From NCBI RefSeq assembly GCF_009914755.1, contig NC_060925.1: DNA of 64,000 nt; one strand, 5' to 3'. The translations under genes and the position numbers were made by a program. Shown piece by piece: positions 1 through 11,528 of this stretch; position 1 is the stretch's first letter; every line of letters begins with the position of its first letter. The notes under the pieces were generated by a model that had not been told where the DNA came from, ran no database searches, and saw nothing but the letters and a program-made list of their open reading frames with translations. This DNA is from the human T2T-CHM13v2.0 reference genome, Homo sapiens.

Positions 1-39
1 CCTATTATAAGGGTACTGTTTGATTTTAAGTAAATTTAT

Positions 40-1785
40 ACTCTTGTACAATAATCACAATTATAATAATAATTCAACTTTAGAATACTTCTATATTTTG
101 CCTTTTCTAGAAATTTCACATAAGTGAAATTATACAAAACATTTTTTATCTGACTTTTTCTACTTAGCATGTTTTTGAAATTCATCCATATTGTTGCATG
201 TATCTGTAGTTCATTCCTTTTTATTGCCAAGTAGTAGTCCATTGTATGAATATACCACATTTTGTTTATACACCAGTTAAAGGACATTTGGATTATTTCC
301 AGCTTGGGCTAGTACGTATAACATGGCTATGAACATTTGCATATAAGTCTTTATGTGAATCTGTGTCTTCATTTCTCTTGGGTAGATATTTAGGAGTTTA
401 ATTGCTGGGTCATATAGCAAATATATTTAACATTTTGAGAAACTTCCAAACAATTATCTAAATTAGCTGTACCATTCTATGGTTTCAATTTTGCCACATC
501 CTTGCTGACACTTGATATTGTCAGTGGGTATTAATAGTTCATTATAGTTTTAATTTGAATTTCTCTAATGAGTAATGATGTTGAACATCTTTTTATATGC
601 TTATTCACCATTCATATGTCTGCTTTGGTGCAATATATATTCAAATCTTGCTCATTAAAAAAATCAGTTTGTCTTATTGAATTCTTTATATTTCTGAATA
701 TAAATACCTTATCAGGTATATGATTTGCAAATATTTTATTCAAGTCTGTGGCTTGCCTTTCCATTTTCTCAATGGTATCTTCTGAAAAACAAAAGTTTTA
801 AATTTTGATAAAGTTGAGTTTATTAATTTTTTTAAGGATCACGTTTTTGGTATCACATCTAAGAAGCCTTTGCCCTAATCCATGTTTCTCCTATGATTTC
901 TTCTAGGAATTTTATAGTTTAACTCTTACATTTAGGCTGTGATTCATTTTTAGTTAATTTTTGCATATGGTTGTTGTGAGGTAAGAATGTAAGTTTTTTT
1001 TTTTTTGCACAGGAATATCCATTGCTCCAGCATCATTTATGGATGACTATTGAATTACCTTGACACCCTTGTCAAAAATCAATAGACCATAAATGTAAGA
1101 GTTTATTTCTGGAATATACTCTGTTCTATGGATGTATGCCTATCTTTAAGTCAATACCACACTGTTTTGATCACTGTAGCTTTATTTTTTAAATCCTCCA
1201 ACTTTGTTCTTTTTCAAAGTTGTTTTGATTTCTCTAGATCCTTTGCATTTTCATATAAATTTTAGTATCAGCTTGTCAAGTCCTACAAAAAACAACCTAT
1301 TTTGATATGGGTTGAGCTGAAACTATAGTTTAATTTGGGGACAATTACTATCTTAACAATATTGAATCTTCCGATCCATGAACATTGTGTGTCTTTCCAT
1401 TTGTTTAGATCTTTTTAGAATTTTCTCAGCAATGTTTTAAGGTTTTCAGTACATAGGTCTTACATTTGTTTTGTTAAAATTATTCCTAAGTATTTTATTC
1501 TTTTTATGCTATTATGAGTGGAATTGTTTTCTTAACTTCATTTTTGGACAGTTTGTTATAGTGTATCCTGCAACCTTACTAAGTTTGCTTATTCGTTCTA
1601 GTAGATTTTTGTAGATTTCTTAGGCTTTTCTACATACAAAATCATGCCACCTGTAATAAGGACAGTTTTACTTCTTCCTGCTTCAGTCTGCGTGTCTTTA
1701 ATGTCTTTTCTTGCCCTTTTGCACTGGCTAGGATCTCCTGTATAAAGCTAAATAGAAGTGGTGAGAGCAAACATTCTTGAATTTT
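40..1785 (-). mobile_element. Old LINE-1 fragment (L1M class), ORF2 3' part/3' UTR, antisense
   Basis: T-rich L1 antisense text (ttcatccatattgttgcatgtat, gaatataccacattttgtttat, aatagaagtggtgagag). ORF 36..287 (-) gives degenerate ORF2 C-terminal words WYIHTMDYYLAIKRNE. Confidence 0.9.
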
Positions 1786-2239
1786 TCTGCGCCGTCCTCT
1801 GCTCTGTTTTCAAAGGGAATCCTGATGCCTCTTGCAGAGGAGAAGGTAAAGCTTTTCTGCTTCCTTAGGGGGTCCCTTCAGTATCTCCTCCTGCTTTCTT
1901 GCCTAAAAGACTTATGCAACTCATAAGATACCATCTCTCTCTCTCTCTCAGAGGTCCCTCTGGAGCAGCCTCATCCTCAGCACCAGGGTTTTAGTACCTT
2001 GGAGGAGTAGCACTTGCTTTTTGCCCCCTTCCATGGGGATTCAGTGAGAAGGAATTAAACATTAACTAAAATGTTTGGAACTCTCATGAAAGATCTTTCC
2101 TAAACCCCAAAAGGAGCTGAGAATGAGTCTCAGGAGAAGACCCTGACAGCTGAGACCTTCCTAGGCACTGTGGGATTCTGCAATTAGCCCCCATCTCTAC
2201 CCTCCAGCTGCCTGTGCTCTCTTCTGTCCCATGCTCTTC

Positions 2240-2445
2240 AGAGCACCTGCTACACTCCAAACAGGCTAATCCCTCTAAAACCCCATAAACCCACCATGCT
2301 CATCCCCCGGGCTTTGGCTATGCTGCCCCTTCCCTCCTGGAACGCCTTCCCACTTTCCTCTGCTTGTCCATATCCTGCCCGTCATTCAGCACCTAACTCC
2401 AGTTCTTCCTCTTCCACAAAGCTTTTCCTGATCACTCTGGCCCTC
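2240..2445 (+). mobile_element. L2 fragment
   Basis: tgctgccccttccctcctggaacgccttccc...cttttcctgatcac resembles the L2 3' region. Confidence 0.55.
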
Positions 2446-2879
2446 AGAGATATCTCTACAGCTGTACTCTGACTGCCACCCAATTTAGCACCTGATCACA
2501 GCGGGTTTGTACCATGTAATTAGTATAGGTTTTCCCTGGCCACTTGGATGTAAGAAACTTCACATTTATTTGTTATACATTATGATCTCTGGTTTGGCGC
2601 CAGCCACGAACACAATGAGAGAAATCCAGTATCAGCCACTAACAGGGACGCCCCCTCCTTTCTGAGGTTCCTGTAGTGGCTGTTGGGGCTGGCCTTTCTT
2701 TCAGCACACTATTATCACTGCCAGGTTATTCACTGTCTATGCCCCAAAGCCCATTAGGTAGGCAGTGCCGCTATGCTGAGCACAGTGCGACTTCTCAGCA
2801 AATCCTTGTTGACAAACTGACATAGGCTGTGCTAAGGTCCCCTCCTACTACCCTCCCAGGACCTGTTCTTTGTACCTCT

Positions 2880-3750
2880 AGGCACCGCGCAGTTTCCCAG
2901 TGCGCCTCGAGTCCTCGCAGGGCCGGGCAGTGGCCACCCCGGATTGGCTAGCCTTGCCCCCTCGTGATCATGGAAGTGGGCGGGGAGCGTGGTGAGCGGA
3001 TGCTGCTGGAGTGCTTGAACCCCGAGGCCTGGAGCGGCAGTCAGCACCCCCACGCCGAGTCCCTGGCAGTCCCGGCCTTCCGGGGGCGGCCCTGGGGCCT
3101 CGGGCAACTGCATCCACGGCCCTGGAGCCCATCATGTCCCATGGTTCACGTTTTTCCGCCTGGAAACTGCATGCCTGTCTTTCTGCTTTGCCAAAGTTTC
3201 CTTCGCACGAGGAGGGCCCTGAATTACAGAAGTCGCTTTTCTCCGGTCAGTTCAAGCCAGCCTGGCGCGAGTCCCTCATTCTCCTTTGTCAACGAGGCAA
3301 AGACTCAGTTGTTCACCCAACTGTGTCTTGCTGGGGGGCAGCCCTTTCCCTGCCCTTCCCTCTCTCTCAGAAGCCCCAAGTGGGCCTTTCCCCGACCCTG
3401 CTCTGAGCGCGTGGAAAATCTGCTTCGGGCGCAGATCTCGAGTAGTTGGCCTCCCCTCATTTCCGTCTTTCGCTTCTGCCCGCGTGGGGCCACTTTGGTA
3501 TAGGTGGGAATTAAGCCGGGGAGGGAGGAGTAGGTCGGAACAGTTTGCAGCTGGCGGCTCGCTGATTGGGTGTTATTTTACAGCTGGGCAGAAATGACCG
3601 CGGTAGCACTCCTGGGGAGGCCTCTAAAGCTGCAGACACGATGTGTCGCGGGACCATCCAGTTCTGGCCCCGTGCAGGAGGACAGGACGCCGTCTGGTCG
3701 CTGCCCTGGGCGCTCAACATGGGAGCTGCCAGAGGAGAGCGCCCTGTGAG
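2880..3750 (+). promoter_or_regulatory. CpG-rich promoter-like region
   Basis: Sharp local CpG/GC enrichment against a CpG-depleted background. Inverted CCAAT (ATTGG 2943-2947; CTGATTGG 3562-3569), ETS-like GGAAGT 2972-2977, GC box GGGCGGGG 2978-2985, E-boxes CAGCTG 3548-3553 and 3581-3586. Confidence 0.7.
3590..3745 (+). other. Candidate first exon (start approximate) ending at a 5' splice site
   Basis: Donor CCT|GTGAGT at 3745/3746 at the 3' edge of the CpG-rich region, just downstream of the CCAAT box. No transcript evidence is available here. Confidence 0.45.
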
Positions 3751-4471
3751 TGCCTGACAAATGGAGGTATTTCTTTCCAGGTTTTACAACCCGATGTATT
3801 TTCAGGGAGGACCTTCCTAGGTACCTCCACTTCTCAGTCTCTCAACTCAGCAGCCTCCATCCATTTCCACGAATCCGCTGGACTCGCTCCTGCAAAACAC
3901 GGTGTGAAATTGACTTCTAACTGGAAGCCTTTCTTTTCCAACCCCATCCACTGCAATTCTTCTGTTTTCAGCACTCTGGTGTTCTGTGTTTTTTTTTGTT
4001 GTTGTTTTTGTTTTTGTTTTTTTCATGTGTTTAGCTCGGGCTTTGAAAGAATCTGAAATCTTATCTTTTAATTTCAAATTCCCTAAAGCCACAGAGTGCA
4101 TCTTTCCCTGTCCCACACAGTGCCTAGTTCAGTTCTTGTCCCACAGTATATTAACCAACTGCCACAAAGCCTCATGTATGCCACACAACTAAACACCAGG
4201 ACGTCTGAAGGAAAAACTCTAGAAAACTCTAGAGTGGCTCTTTGGAGCAGGAAGAGCTGCTACACTCCCAATGCCCTCTGAGAGCTGCCAGGTCCCATGA
4301 TGCCTTCTCTTGTGTGTAGACTGAGATGTATTCATTAAGGGTAACACGGTGATTTTTTGTTTGTGCTCCCTTAATTAAAAAAAAAAAAAAGATTTGGTGG
4401 GAAAGGCAGATGGAAGTTCTTGAAGGGGGCTACTTCAGAGCAGGTCTTTCTGAGCCCCCTTGAAGCACACC

Positions 4472-4478
4472 GTGTGTG

Positions 4479-4521
<43 letters not shown>
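4472..4521. repeat. (GT)n microsatellite
   Basis: About 25 GT units with one GC interruption. Confidence 0.97.
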
Positions 4522-4522
<1 letters not shown>

Positions 4523-4589
4523 TGGGACCCCAGAGTCAATCCAGATGATGCTGATATAGTTACATTTGAGAACCAGTGGTAGGTCGATC

Positions 4590-4752
4590 TTTGCTACTCT
4601 AGTCCTCAGGCAAACAGCATCAGCCTCACCTAGGAGTTTTTAAGAAATGCAGAATCTCAGGACCCAGCCAGACCTACTGCATAGAAGTCTGCATTTTAAC
4701 AAGATCTCTAGGTGATTGGTGTATACACAAAAGTGTAAGAATCCCTGCTTTA
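4590..4752. mobile_element. MER5-family hAT-Charlie MITE
   Basis: cagcatcagcctcacctaggag...agaaatgcagaatctcagg...cagacctactg...tctgcattttaacaagatc. Confidence 0.85.
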
Positions 4753-5479
4753 GTAATGACTGCTCTGGGAACAAGCTTAAACTTGGGCAACCTGGACCTA
4801 TGGTCACCCATCCTATCAGGGAGATAGATGGTAGATGGTGGGCTAGGGACAGGGTGAGAGGAAATCTGAGCAGCCACAGATCTGGGGTCCTCTCCCTCCC
4901 AAACTGGCCCCTGATTTAGAAATATGGTCTCAAGAGCCTATCTTTCTGTCCCCAGTTTTCACCGTAGACAACTTTCTAATAATTGAACTGTCTGTCCTGC
5001 CTGCTAGTTGCCTTTGTTATTATCGTAATCATTAGTGGTTGCTGGAAGTGGGGCAGGATGTGTTTAGGTGAGCAGGGGGGAGTGTTAATGAGCCCATGGG
5101 TCTGGTGTGATGGGGAGATCCCTGTACCTATCACAACCCTGTGCCTTTATTGCATGCTCCTTTACACACCCTCCACCCCTTGAAGAGGCTTCCCCCGGCC
5201 CCCTGCCCAGTAACTTACTTACTATGAATATTCCGTTGCTACATCCTGTTTCTGCTTTTGACTTTGCATCCTGTTCCAGACCCTTAGCCTGCTCCCTAGC
5301 CTCTAATCTGACTCTTCCATTAACTGTCAAACCTTCAACAGATAATTCTTTTAGCATCTGCTGTGCACACCAGTAAGTGCTGTAAATTCAAGGTGAACCC
5401 AAGACACAATCCCTGCCTTATGGGGTTTACAGCATTGTGTGGACATCCATCATTCACTCAGTCCTCACTGCACCAGAGA

Positions 5480-5670
5480 CGACACTAAATGCTTCACTTG
5501 CATAATCTCACTTTTCTCAGTCATAACTGTCAGGTTGTCCCCACTTCATAGTTGAAGAAGCCATGGCTCAAAGACTTAAATAATTTTCCCAGGGTCATAG
5601 CTAATTGGTGGCACAGGCAGGAGGATTTAAGCCTAAGTCTGATTGCCTCAAAAATGTCTTAAACCACTCT
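5480..5670 (-). mobile_element. MIR SINE
   Basis: Antisense MIR core ccccacttcatagttgaagaagc...cccagggtcatagcta. Confidence 0.7.
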
Positions 5671-6259
5671 GTAAAAGACTGTTCTTCATCACTGTATCTC
5701 CAATGCTCAGGACAGTGCCTGGTATGTATCACACAATCAACATTTGTGGAAGGAAGGAAGGATGTTGTTTTGAGCCGTCTCTTGGGCTCCACCCTTCAAA
5801 TACAGAGCCACCTCAAACCCAGCCCTGAGGTTTCTCAGTACCTCTGGGCACCACATCTTCCTTCCTCACAGATCCCCCAGCCCCCACCCTACATCTGAGG
5901 CCCTCCCTAATTTATCCCTGCCTCTTAGGGGCAGCCAGCCAGACCAAGAATCCCTTCTTCATCTTGTCTGAGTATAATACATGTAAAGTTGATCCAAGCT
6001 TTCTACCTAGAAAACACACACACACATCCTGAAGCTTTATAATTTACACAGCAGTAATAAAAACGTTGAAGGAATTTAAGTAGATGGATGTGGCACAACC
6101 TCAGCTCTCCTGATGTTTTACAGACTGCCACACTATACCAGCTGCCTCCCACAATGGCTGTGAGGTGAGAACCTGAGGTGAGAACACACCCTTCCTTCAA
6201 GCTACTTCACACTGCCTCCTCAGCATAAACATAAGATTTTCCCTTTTCTATTCCTCTTA

Positions 6260-6328
6260 AGAGAAAAAGTATAATATAGGCCAGAGGAAAAGTATAATAT
6301 AGGCCAGAGAAAAAATATAATATAGGCC
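6260..6328. repeat. Minisatellite, 3 x 23 bp (agagaaaaagtataatataggcc)
   Basis: Copies at 6260-6282, 6283-6305 and 6306-6328; copies 2 and 3 each differ from copy 1 by one substitution. Confidence 0.95.
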
Positions 6329-6771
6329 ACAGAGACTGACTTAAGTTTCTTGTGGCACAGATGAGGATTATACTGTGGCATTTCTCTTTTCTGTGACTGG
6401 GTGGGCCACGGTGAAATAAAGTCCTAAAATGTATTAAAACTGTTTAGACCACCTAAATTAGAATCCTTCATTTGTTAGGCCTTTCAGAAACATTTCTCGG
6501 GACTGCAAAATATATGGTAGGGATTCATTCCATTTTATAGATCAGCAAACTGAGACAGAAGGTGAGTGAGGGAATTGGAATCATACGAATGGTTATGGCA
6601 GGATACAGGGCACAGAGACTTTGGCACACTTTACTTTTTCCACTATACCACATACTGTCTCCTGAATTGAACATTTTCATCTTCTTTATTATAAAATGAT
6701 TCAAATAAAATATATCTATATGTTTTCTTATTTCACTTTTTTTTTTTGGTCACTCTAGAACTGTAAGCATT

Positions 6772-6928
6772 GGGGGTACGGGGGAGGGATAGCATTAGGA
6801 GATACACCTAATGTTAAATGACGAGTTAATGGGTGCAGCACACCAACATGACACATGTATATATATGTGACAAACCTGCACGTTGTGCACATGTACCCTA
6901 AAACTTAAAGTATAATAATAATAAAAAA
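6772..6928 (+). mobile_element. Severely 5'-truncated primate L1PA (L1PA3-5-like) 3' end
   Basis: gggatagcattaggagatacacctaatgttaaatgacgagttaatgggtgcagcacaccaacatg...cctaaaacttaaagtataataataa. Perfect 15-bp TSD agaactgtaagcatt at 6757-6771 and 6929-6943. Confidence 0.95.
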
Positions 6929-7050
6929 AGAACTGTAAGCATTTTTCAGACATTCACAATGGGAAATTTGAATGTTAAAGTTGGAGAGACTGCGGTTAAT
7001 AGCTTGAATTTTAGAGTCAGGAAAACCTGTCTGTACTCAGGCAAGATAAT

Positions 7051-7476
7051 TGATATGGTTTGGATCTGTCCCCACCAAATCTCATGTCGCGATGTAATCC
7101 CCAGTGTTGGAAGTGGGGCCTGGTGGGAGGTGATTGGATCATGGGGGTGGTCCTTCATGAATGATTTAGCACAATCTCCTGGTGCTGTTCTCATGATAGT
7201 GAGTGAGTTCTCACAAGTTCTGGTTGTTTACAAGCGTACAGCATCTCCCCCCTTCTCTCTCTCTTGCTCCTGCTCCCACCATGTAAGACAGGTCTGCTTC
7301 CCCTTTTCCTTCAGCCATGATTGTAAGTTACCTGAGGCCTCCCCAGAAGCCGAGCAGATGCCAGCATCATGCTTCCTGTACAGCCTGCAGAACCATGAGC
7401 CAATTAAACATTTTTTCTTTATAAATTACCCAGTCTCAGATATTTCTTTATAGCAATATTAGAATGGACTAATGCA
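7051..7476 (+). mobile_element. MSTA/MSTB MaLR solo LTR inserted into a MIR
   Basis: Begins tgatatggtttggatctg, ends ggactaatgca. 5-bp TSD ataat/gtaat. MIR halves at ~6990-7050 and 7477-7630. Confidence 0.92.
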
Positions 7477-7632
7477 GTAATTAACCTCAGTTTCCTGACA
7501 GGTAGATAGAAATTACTAATATGGCCCCCAGCGGCACATGTTCCAAGGAATTAAATGAGATGATATATGATAAGCACTTGGCAGAGTGCCTGGCGCATAG
7601 TAAGCACTAAATAAATGTTAGTTGTTGTAATT
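7477..7632 (+). mobile_element. MIR 3' half
   Basis: aacctcagtttcc...attaaatgaga...agtgcctggcgcatagtaagcactaaataaatgttag. Confidence 0.8.
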
Positions 7633-8384
7633 GTTACTAGAACTATTATGTGAGTCCCTCAGTTTCTCTGAAGAATCCTCCTTGTTTTGTGACCAGCAGT
7701 ACTTGACCTTTATGGCCAAGATCCAGGCAATTTGTGTCTATTTTTTTCTTGACCTATTTTCTGGCTATAGCTTCTAGTTTCAAGATTGTAACCACATCCG
7801 TTTAGTCTTTACACTTATTTCAGACATGATATTTAAACAGATTTTAGTTGATTTTCTGAAGATAACATTAAGTCACAAAACAGACCCCCTACATGCTCTT
7901 AAAATCTGATAACTCAGTTCTACAATGCCCATGCCTCAGGGTCCAGAGAAGTTAGATCAGGAAGTGGAGGCCCAAGCCCAAGAATTCATATTCCTTTTGA
8001 AAAGAGAATTTGCTTACTTTAGCTTCTAAAGCAATAATTGCATCTAGGGCATCAAACGATTGGAGACATATTGCAATAAAGGGGTTTAGTGTATACAAAT
8101 TCTATTATATCAAAACTGTGTTCATCCCTGGGATTTTGTTGAGTCTAAAAAAGGTATTCTCCAGAAATAGACCTGCTCCCGTGTGACCACTTGAGAAAAT
8201 TTAATTTAAAAAAGAGTCAAGATATTGATGCCAATTGACATTGGTTTTTCTTTGATGCAGAATGACAAATATGCCATCTTGTAGTTCTCATTTGAGACAC
8301 ATCCCAACTTGGCCATTCAGTATATTTACAAATCTATCTCAAAACAAAACGTTTGCTTTTTTATTCTTTTTTAGCCTCCTGGGA

Positions 8385-8740
8385 TTATTTATTTATTCAA
8401 TAAACATTTATGGAGCTCCTACTATGTGCTAGCCACTTGGAAACATGCTAGAGAGAGACATGAACAAAGTATTCCTTCCCCTATTCTAGTGAAGGGAGAT
8501 GGCCAATAATCAAACAAACAAAATTCATAAACAAGAAAAGTATCAGAGAGTGGGAAGCACTACACAGAGAATTAGAATAGGGAGATTCAACAGACAGTAA
8601 CTGGATGACTTCTTTATATCAAGCTGTCAGAAAGGTTCCCTAAGGAAGCAACATTTAAGCAGAGACATGTTTAACATTTGAGTAGAAGAGGCTTCCTGGA
8701 AGAGGAAAAATTCTGGATCCAAGGTTCTAGGACTTGAATA
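8385..8740 (-). mobile_element. L2 3' end, antisense
   Basis: ttattcaataaacatttatggagctcctactatgtgctag. Confidence 0.75.
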
Positions 8741-9169
8741 AACATGACATTCTGCCTCTGATCTCCTCAATTCTACCTCATTAAATTGTGAACTTCAGAG
8801 GGTCAAGAGCTGGATGATCCATTTTTATGATTAGAAAGTGATTCCTTCAATGAACCTACTACTTCTTCCTACATTCTTGTTAGAACTTTCTCAGCTATGA
8901 ATCAGACTTTTCCAGGAAACTTCTACAGTCTTTACTTTGGTGACTACAACCACAATACTCAGTTGTTCCCAAGCAGAAAACTGAGGTTCATTCAAGACTT
9001 CAGTATTTGATCAAGATATTTTGCTTGGTAAGCTGGCTATTTTTTGATATAGTTTTATTTTCCCCATCTAGCTGGAATAAGATCATCAAAGTTGGTCATC
9101 TTACCTGACATAGCCTAGATATTTTCTTCTTCAGTACTAAACTTAGATGTCCCCACCTTTACAGAGTAC

Positions 9170-9465
9170 ATATTAGAGTAAGCAAGGCTAGGTTATAGCA
9201 AATAAGCCCCATAGTCCTTCTGTGGCTCTCCTCTAAGCAGTGACTTAGAGATCCTTATTGTTTTCATCTTATATTGCTGCCATCTGGATTCAGAGGTTAC
9301 AACAGAAGGGAAAGAAAGTGGGAACATGGACAGTTGCACAGTGAATTTTATGGCCAGGCCTGAGAGTAGCATACATCATTTCTGCTCTATCCTATTGGAT
9401 ATCCAGTCATGTGGCCCCAACCTAAGGACTCCTAAGGGTGTCTGGGAAGTGTAGTTTCCCATGTG
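9170..9465 (-). mobile_element. Ancient MaLR LTR (MLT1J/K/L-like)
   Basis: ggctaggttat...catcatttctgctc..ctattgg..cagtcatgtggccccaacctaa...ctgggaagtgtagt. Confidence 0.6.
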
Positions 9466-10439
9466 CTTGGGAAGTGATAGATGGCATGAAATTTGGCGAC
9501 CCCCAAAGCTTTATCTCTGCTATAGGAAGCCACCCTTCTCTGTTATTCTCCTCTTCAGTCTGGGTTAGGTGCCCCTCTTCGACTGTAGCACAGTCTGATA
9601 TATAATAGGCACTAAATATGTTTGTTGGTTAGATGAAATGAAAGATGGATTAATTGTAACCTAAGATCTTACGTCTATTAAAAGAGTGAACTAGAATTAA
9701 TCAGTATTGAATTGGTTAATTAACAGAAAATTCTCTATTCATTCAAGGTATGCCTAAGAATTATAGGAAGAAATTGAAACTACACTGTTAAAAAATAGAC
9801 TAGATTGGGGATCCCTAGGAAATTCCTTTTATTATTTCAACACACAACCTTAGTAGCCAAAGTCACTCCAACTCTCCTCCCCTCTGAGTCACTCTGGCAA
9901 TCACTCTGTAGTTATTTCAAAGATTGGGAAATTTTCTGAAGGCAACATGGCCTGTCGATGGCATTGACTTTGGCTCCCCTCACCATCACTCTCATTGTTG
10001 CCATTAGCCCGTTTTTAAGGCCCTGAAGTTGGCTGCCCTTGAAATAAAGTGGGAAAACCTGCATTTGTGGGCCAGCTTGGTCCCCAGCCCAGTTCCCCAG
10101 CCAAAGAAAGTGAACAATCCTGTATTTGTGGCATCCTGAGCCTGCAGTGACCTTCCGGGCCAGCCAGGATGCCAGAGGGAATGCACATTCTCTGAAATGA
10201 CAGTAGAGGAAGAACCAACCCATTGCCCCGGGACTAATGAATGGGTCCCTCTTTTCCCCCTGGGACAGCCTTAACAGGGCCACATGTAGGGCTTAACTCT
10301 TTTGTATCTTGAGCTTTATACATAGAGGCTGATCTGTCTTGTTTCTTAGCTGGAAATTAATTGGGCTGAAAATAGATAATTAGTTTTCAATGTTAACTGC
10401 AGTTATTTATTTATTTGAGTGATTATTTGATTAACGTAT

Positions 10440-10566
10440 TTCTTTACCTTAATACTAGAGAGCAAGGACTATGTCTGCTTTGTTTTTCATTTTATTCCCT
10501 AGTAGTTAGCATAGTGCATGGCAGAGAGTAAGTTGTAGGGAAATATTTATTTACATGCAGAATGAC
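10440..10566 (+). mobile_element. L2 3' end
   Basis: agggact/aggactatgtctg...tagcatagtgcatggc...aaatatttatt. Confidence 0.6.
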
Positions 10567-11146
10567 TGTGGCAAACCTTGTCTCAAAGCTCAAGCTCTTA
10601 TTTTGTTTTGTTTTAGCATTGTTTCCCCCGAGAGTGATCATTTCTGCTTCTTGTTATAAGTATAAAATACATTATCAAGTGGCTTCTGCTGTGTGTTTTT
10701 GACTCAGTGAATCCCAGAACCATCAAGACAGAGGCTGGGGATCAGCCCCTTCACCAGCTTTCAACTTTGGGCTGGTGGTGAAACCTCATTTTCAATTGCT
10801 TATGTATACATGTATCCTGAGTGTAATCAACAGGACTGCTCCACAAACCCAGGGGGTAAATACTGTCACATTTAGCTTCTTTACACAAAACAAGTAGCCT
10901 AAGTTCCCATGGTTTATCAGACTGTGGGATTAGCAGAAAGTCTAGCCTCTCCGTCTTGGGGCCCTCTGTCTCCCCATAACTTTTCCAAAATCCCAGAGGT
11001 TTACATAATTCAAAAAGAAGGGTCAGCCTGACTTTCACACTCCAGGGGGGGAAATGTTGCTGATCATTGCCACATGGCTGTGGAAAGTGCCCACTTGAGC
11101 CTTCAGATGATGTTAGTTCAAGGCTTTGCACAGGCTATTCAAGGTC

Positions 11147-11528
11147 TATCTGAGTCTGTTTGTGCTACAGTAACAAAATGCCTGAGCCTGGGTAGTTTAT
11201 TATCAACAGAAATTTCTTTCTCACAATTCTGGAGGCTGGGAGTCCAAGATCAAGGCACTGGCAGGTTCAGTGTCTGGTTCCAAGATGGCACCTTCTTGCT
11301 TTATTCTCTGAAGGGGAGGAACAGTGTGTTTTCCCATGGGAGAAGAGTGGAAGAGCAACATGGACCGAAACTAGTTCCTCACACTCTTTTACAAGGCACT
11401 AATCCATTCATGAGGGCGGAGCTCTCCTGACTTAATCACTTCCCAAAAGGCCCCACCACTCAGTACCATCACATGGAGATTAAGCTTCAACACATGAATT
11501 TTGTAGGGAACGCATTCAAACCACAGCA
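11147..11528 (-). mobile_element. MLT1A-type MaLR solo LTR
   Basis: tctcacaattctggaggctgggagtccaagatcaagg...ggcactaatccattcatgagggcggagc...cattcaaaccacagca. Perfect 5-bp TSD aggtc at 11142-11146 and 11529-11533. Confidence 0.9.

Noticed and set aside
1976-1995. CTCAGCACC as a REST/RE1 site
   Set aside because: Only the left half-site is present; no GGACAG half follows.
2964-3503. 179-aa ORF in the CpG region
   Set aside because: GC-rich, stop-poor sequence with overlapping ORFs on both strands and no recognisable domain.
3746-3780. Donor 3746 paired with acceptor ttctttccag at 3780
   Set aside because: 35 nt is too short for a mammalian spliceosomal intron.
6959-7453. 164-aa ORF
   Set aside because: Almost entirely within the MST LTR.
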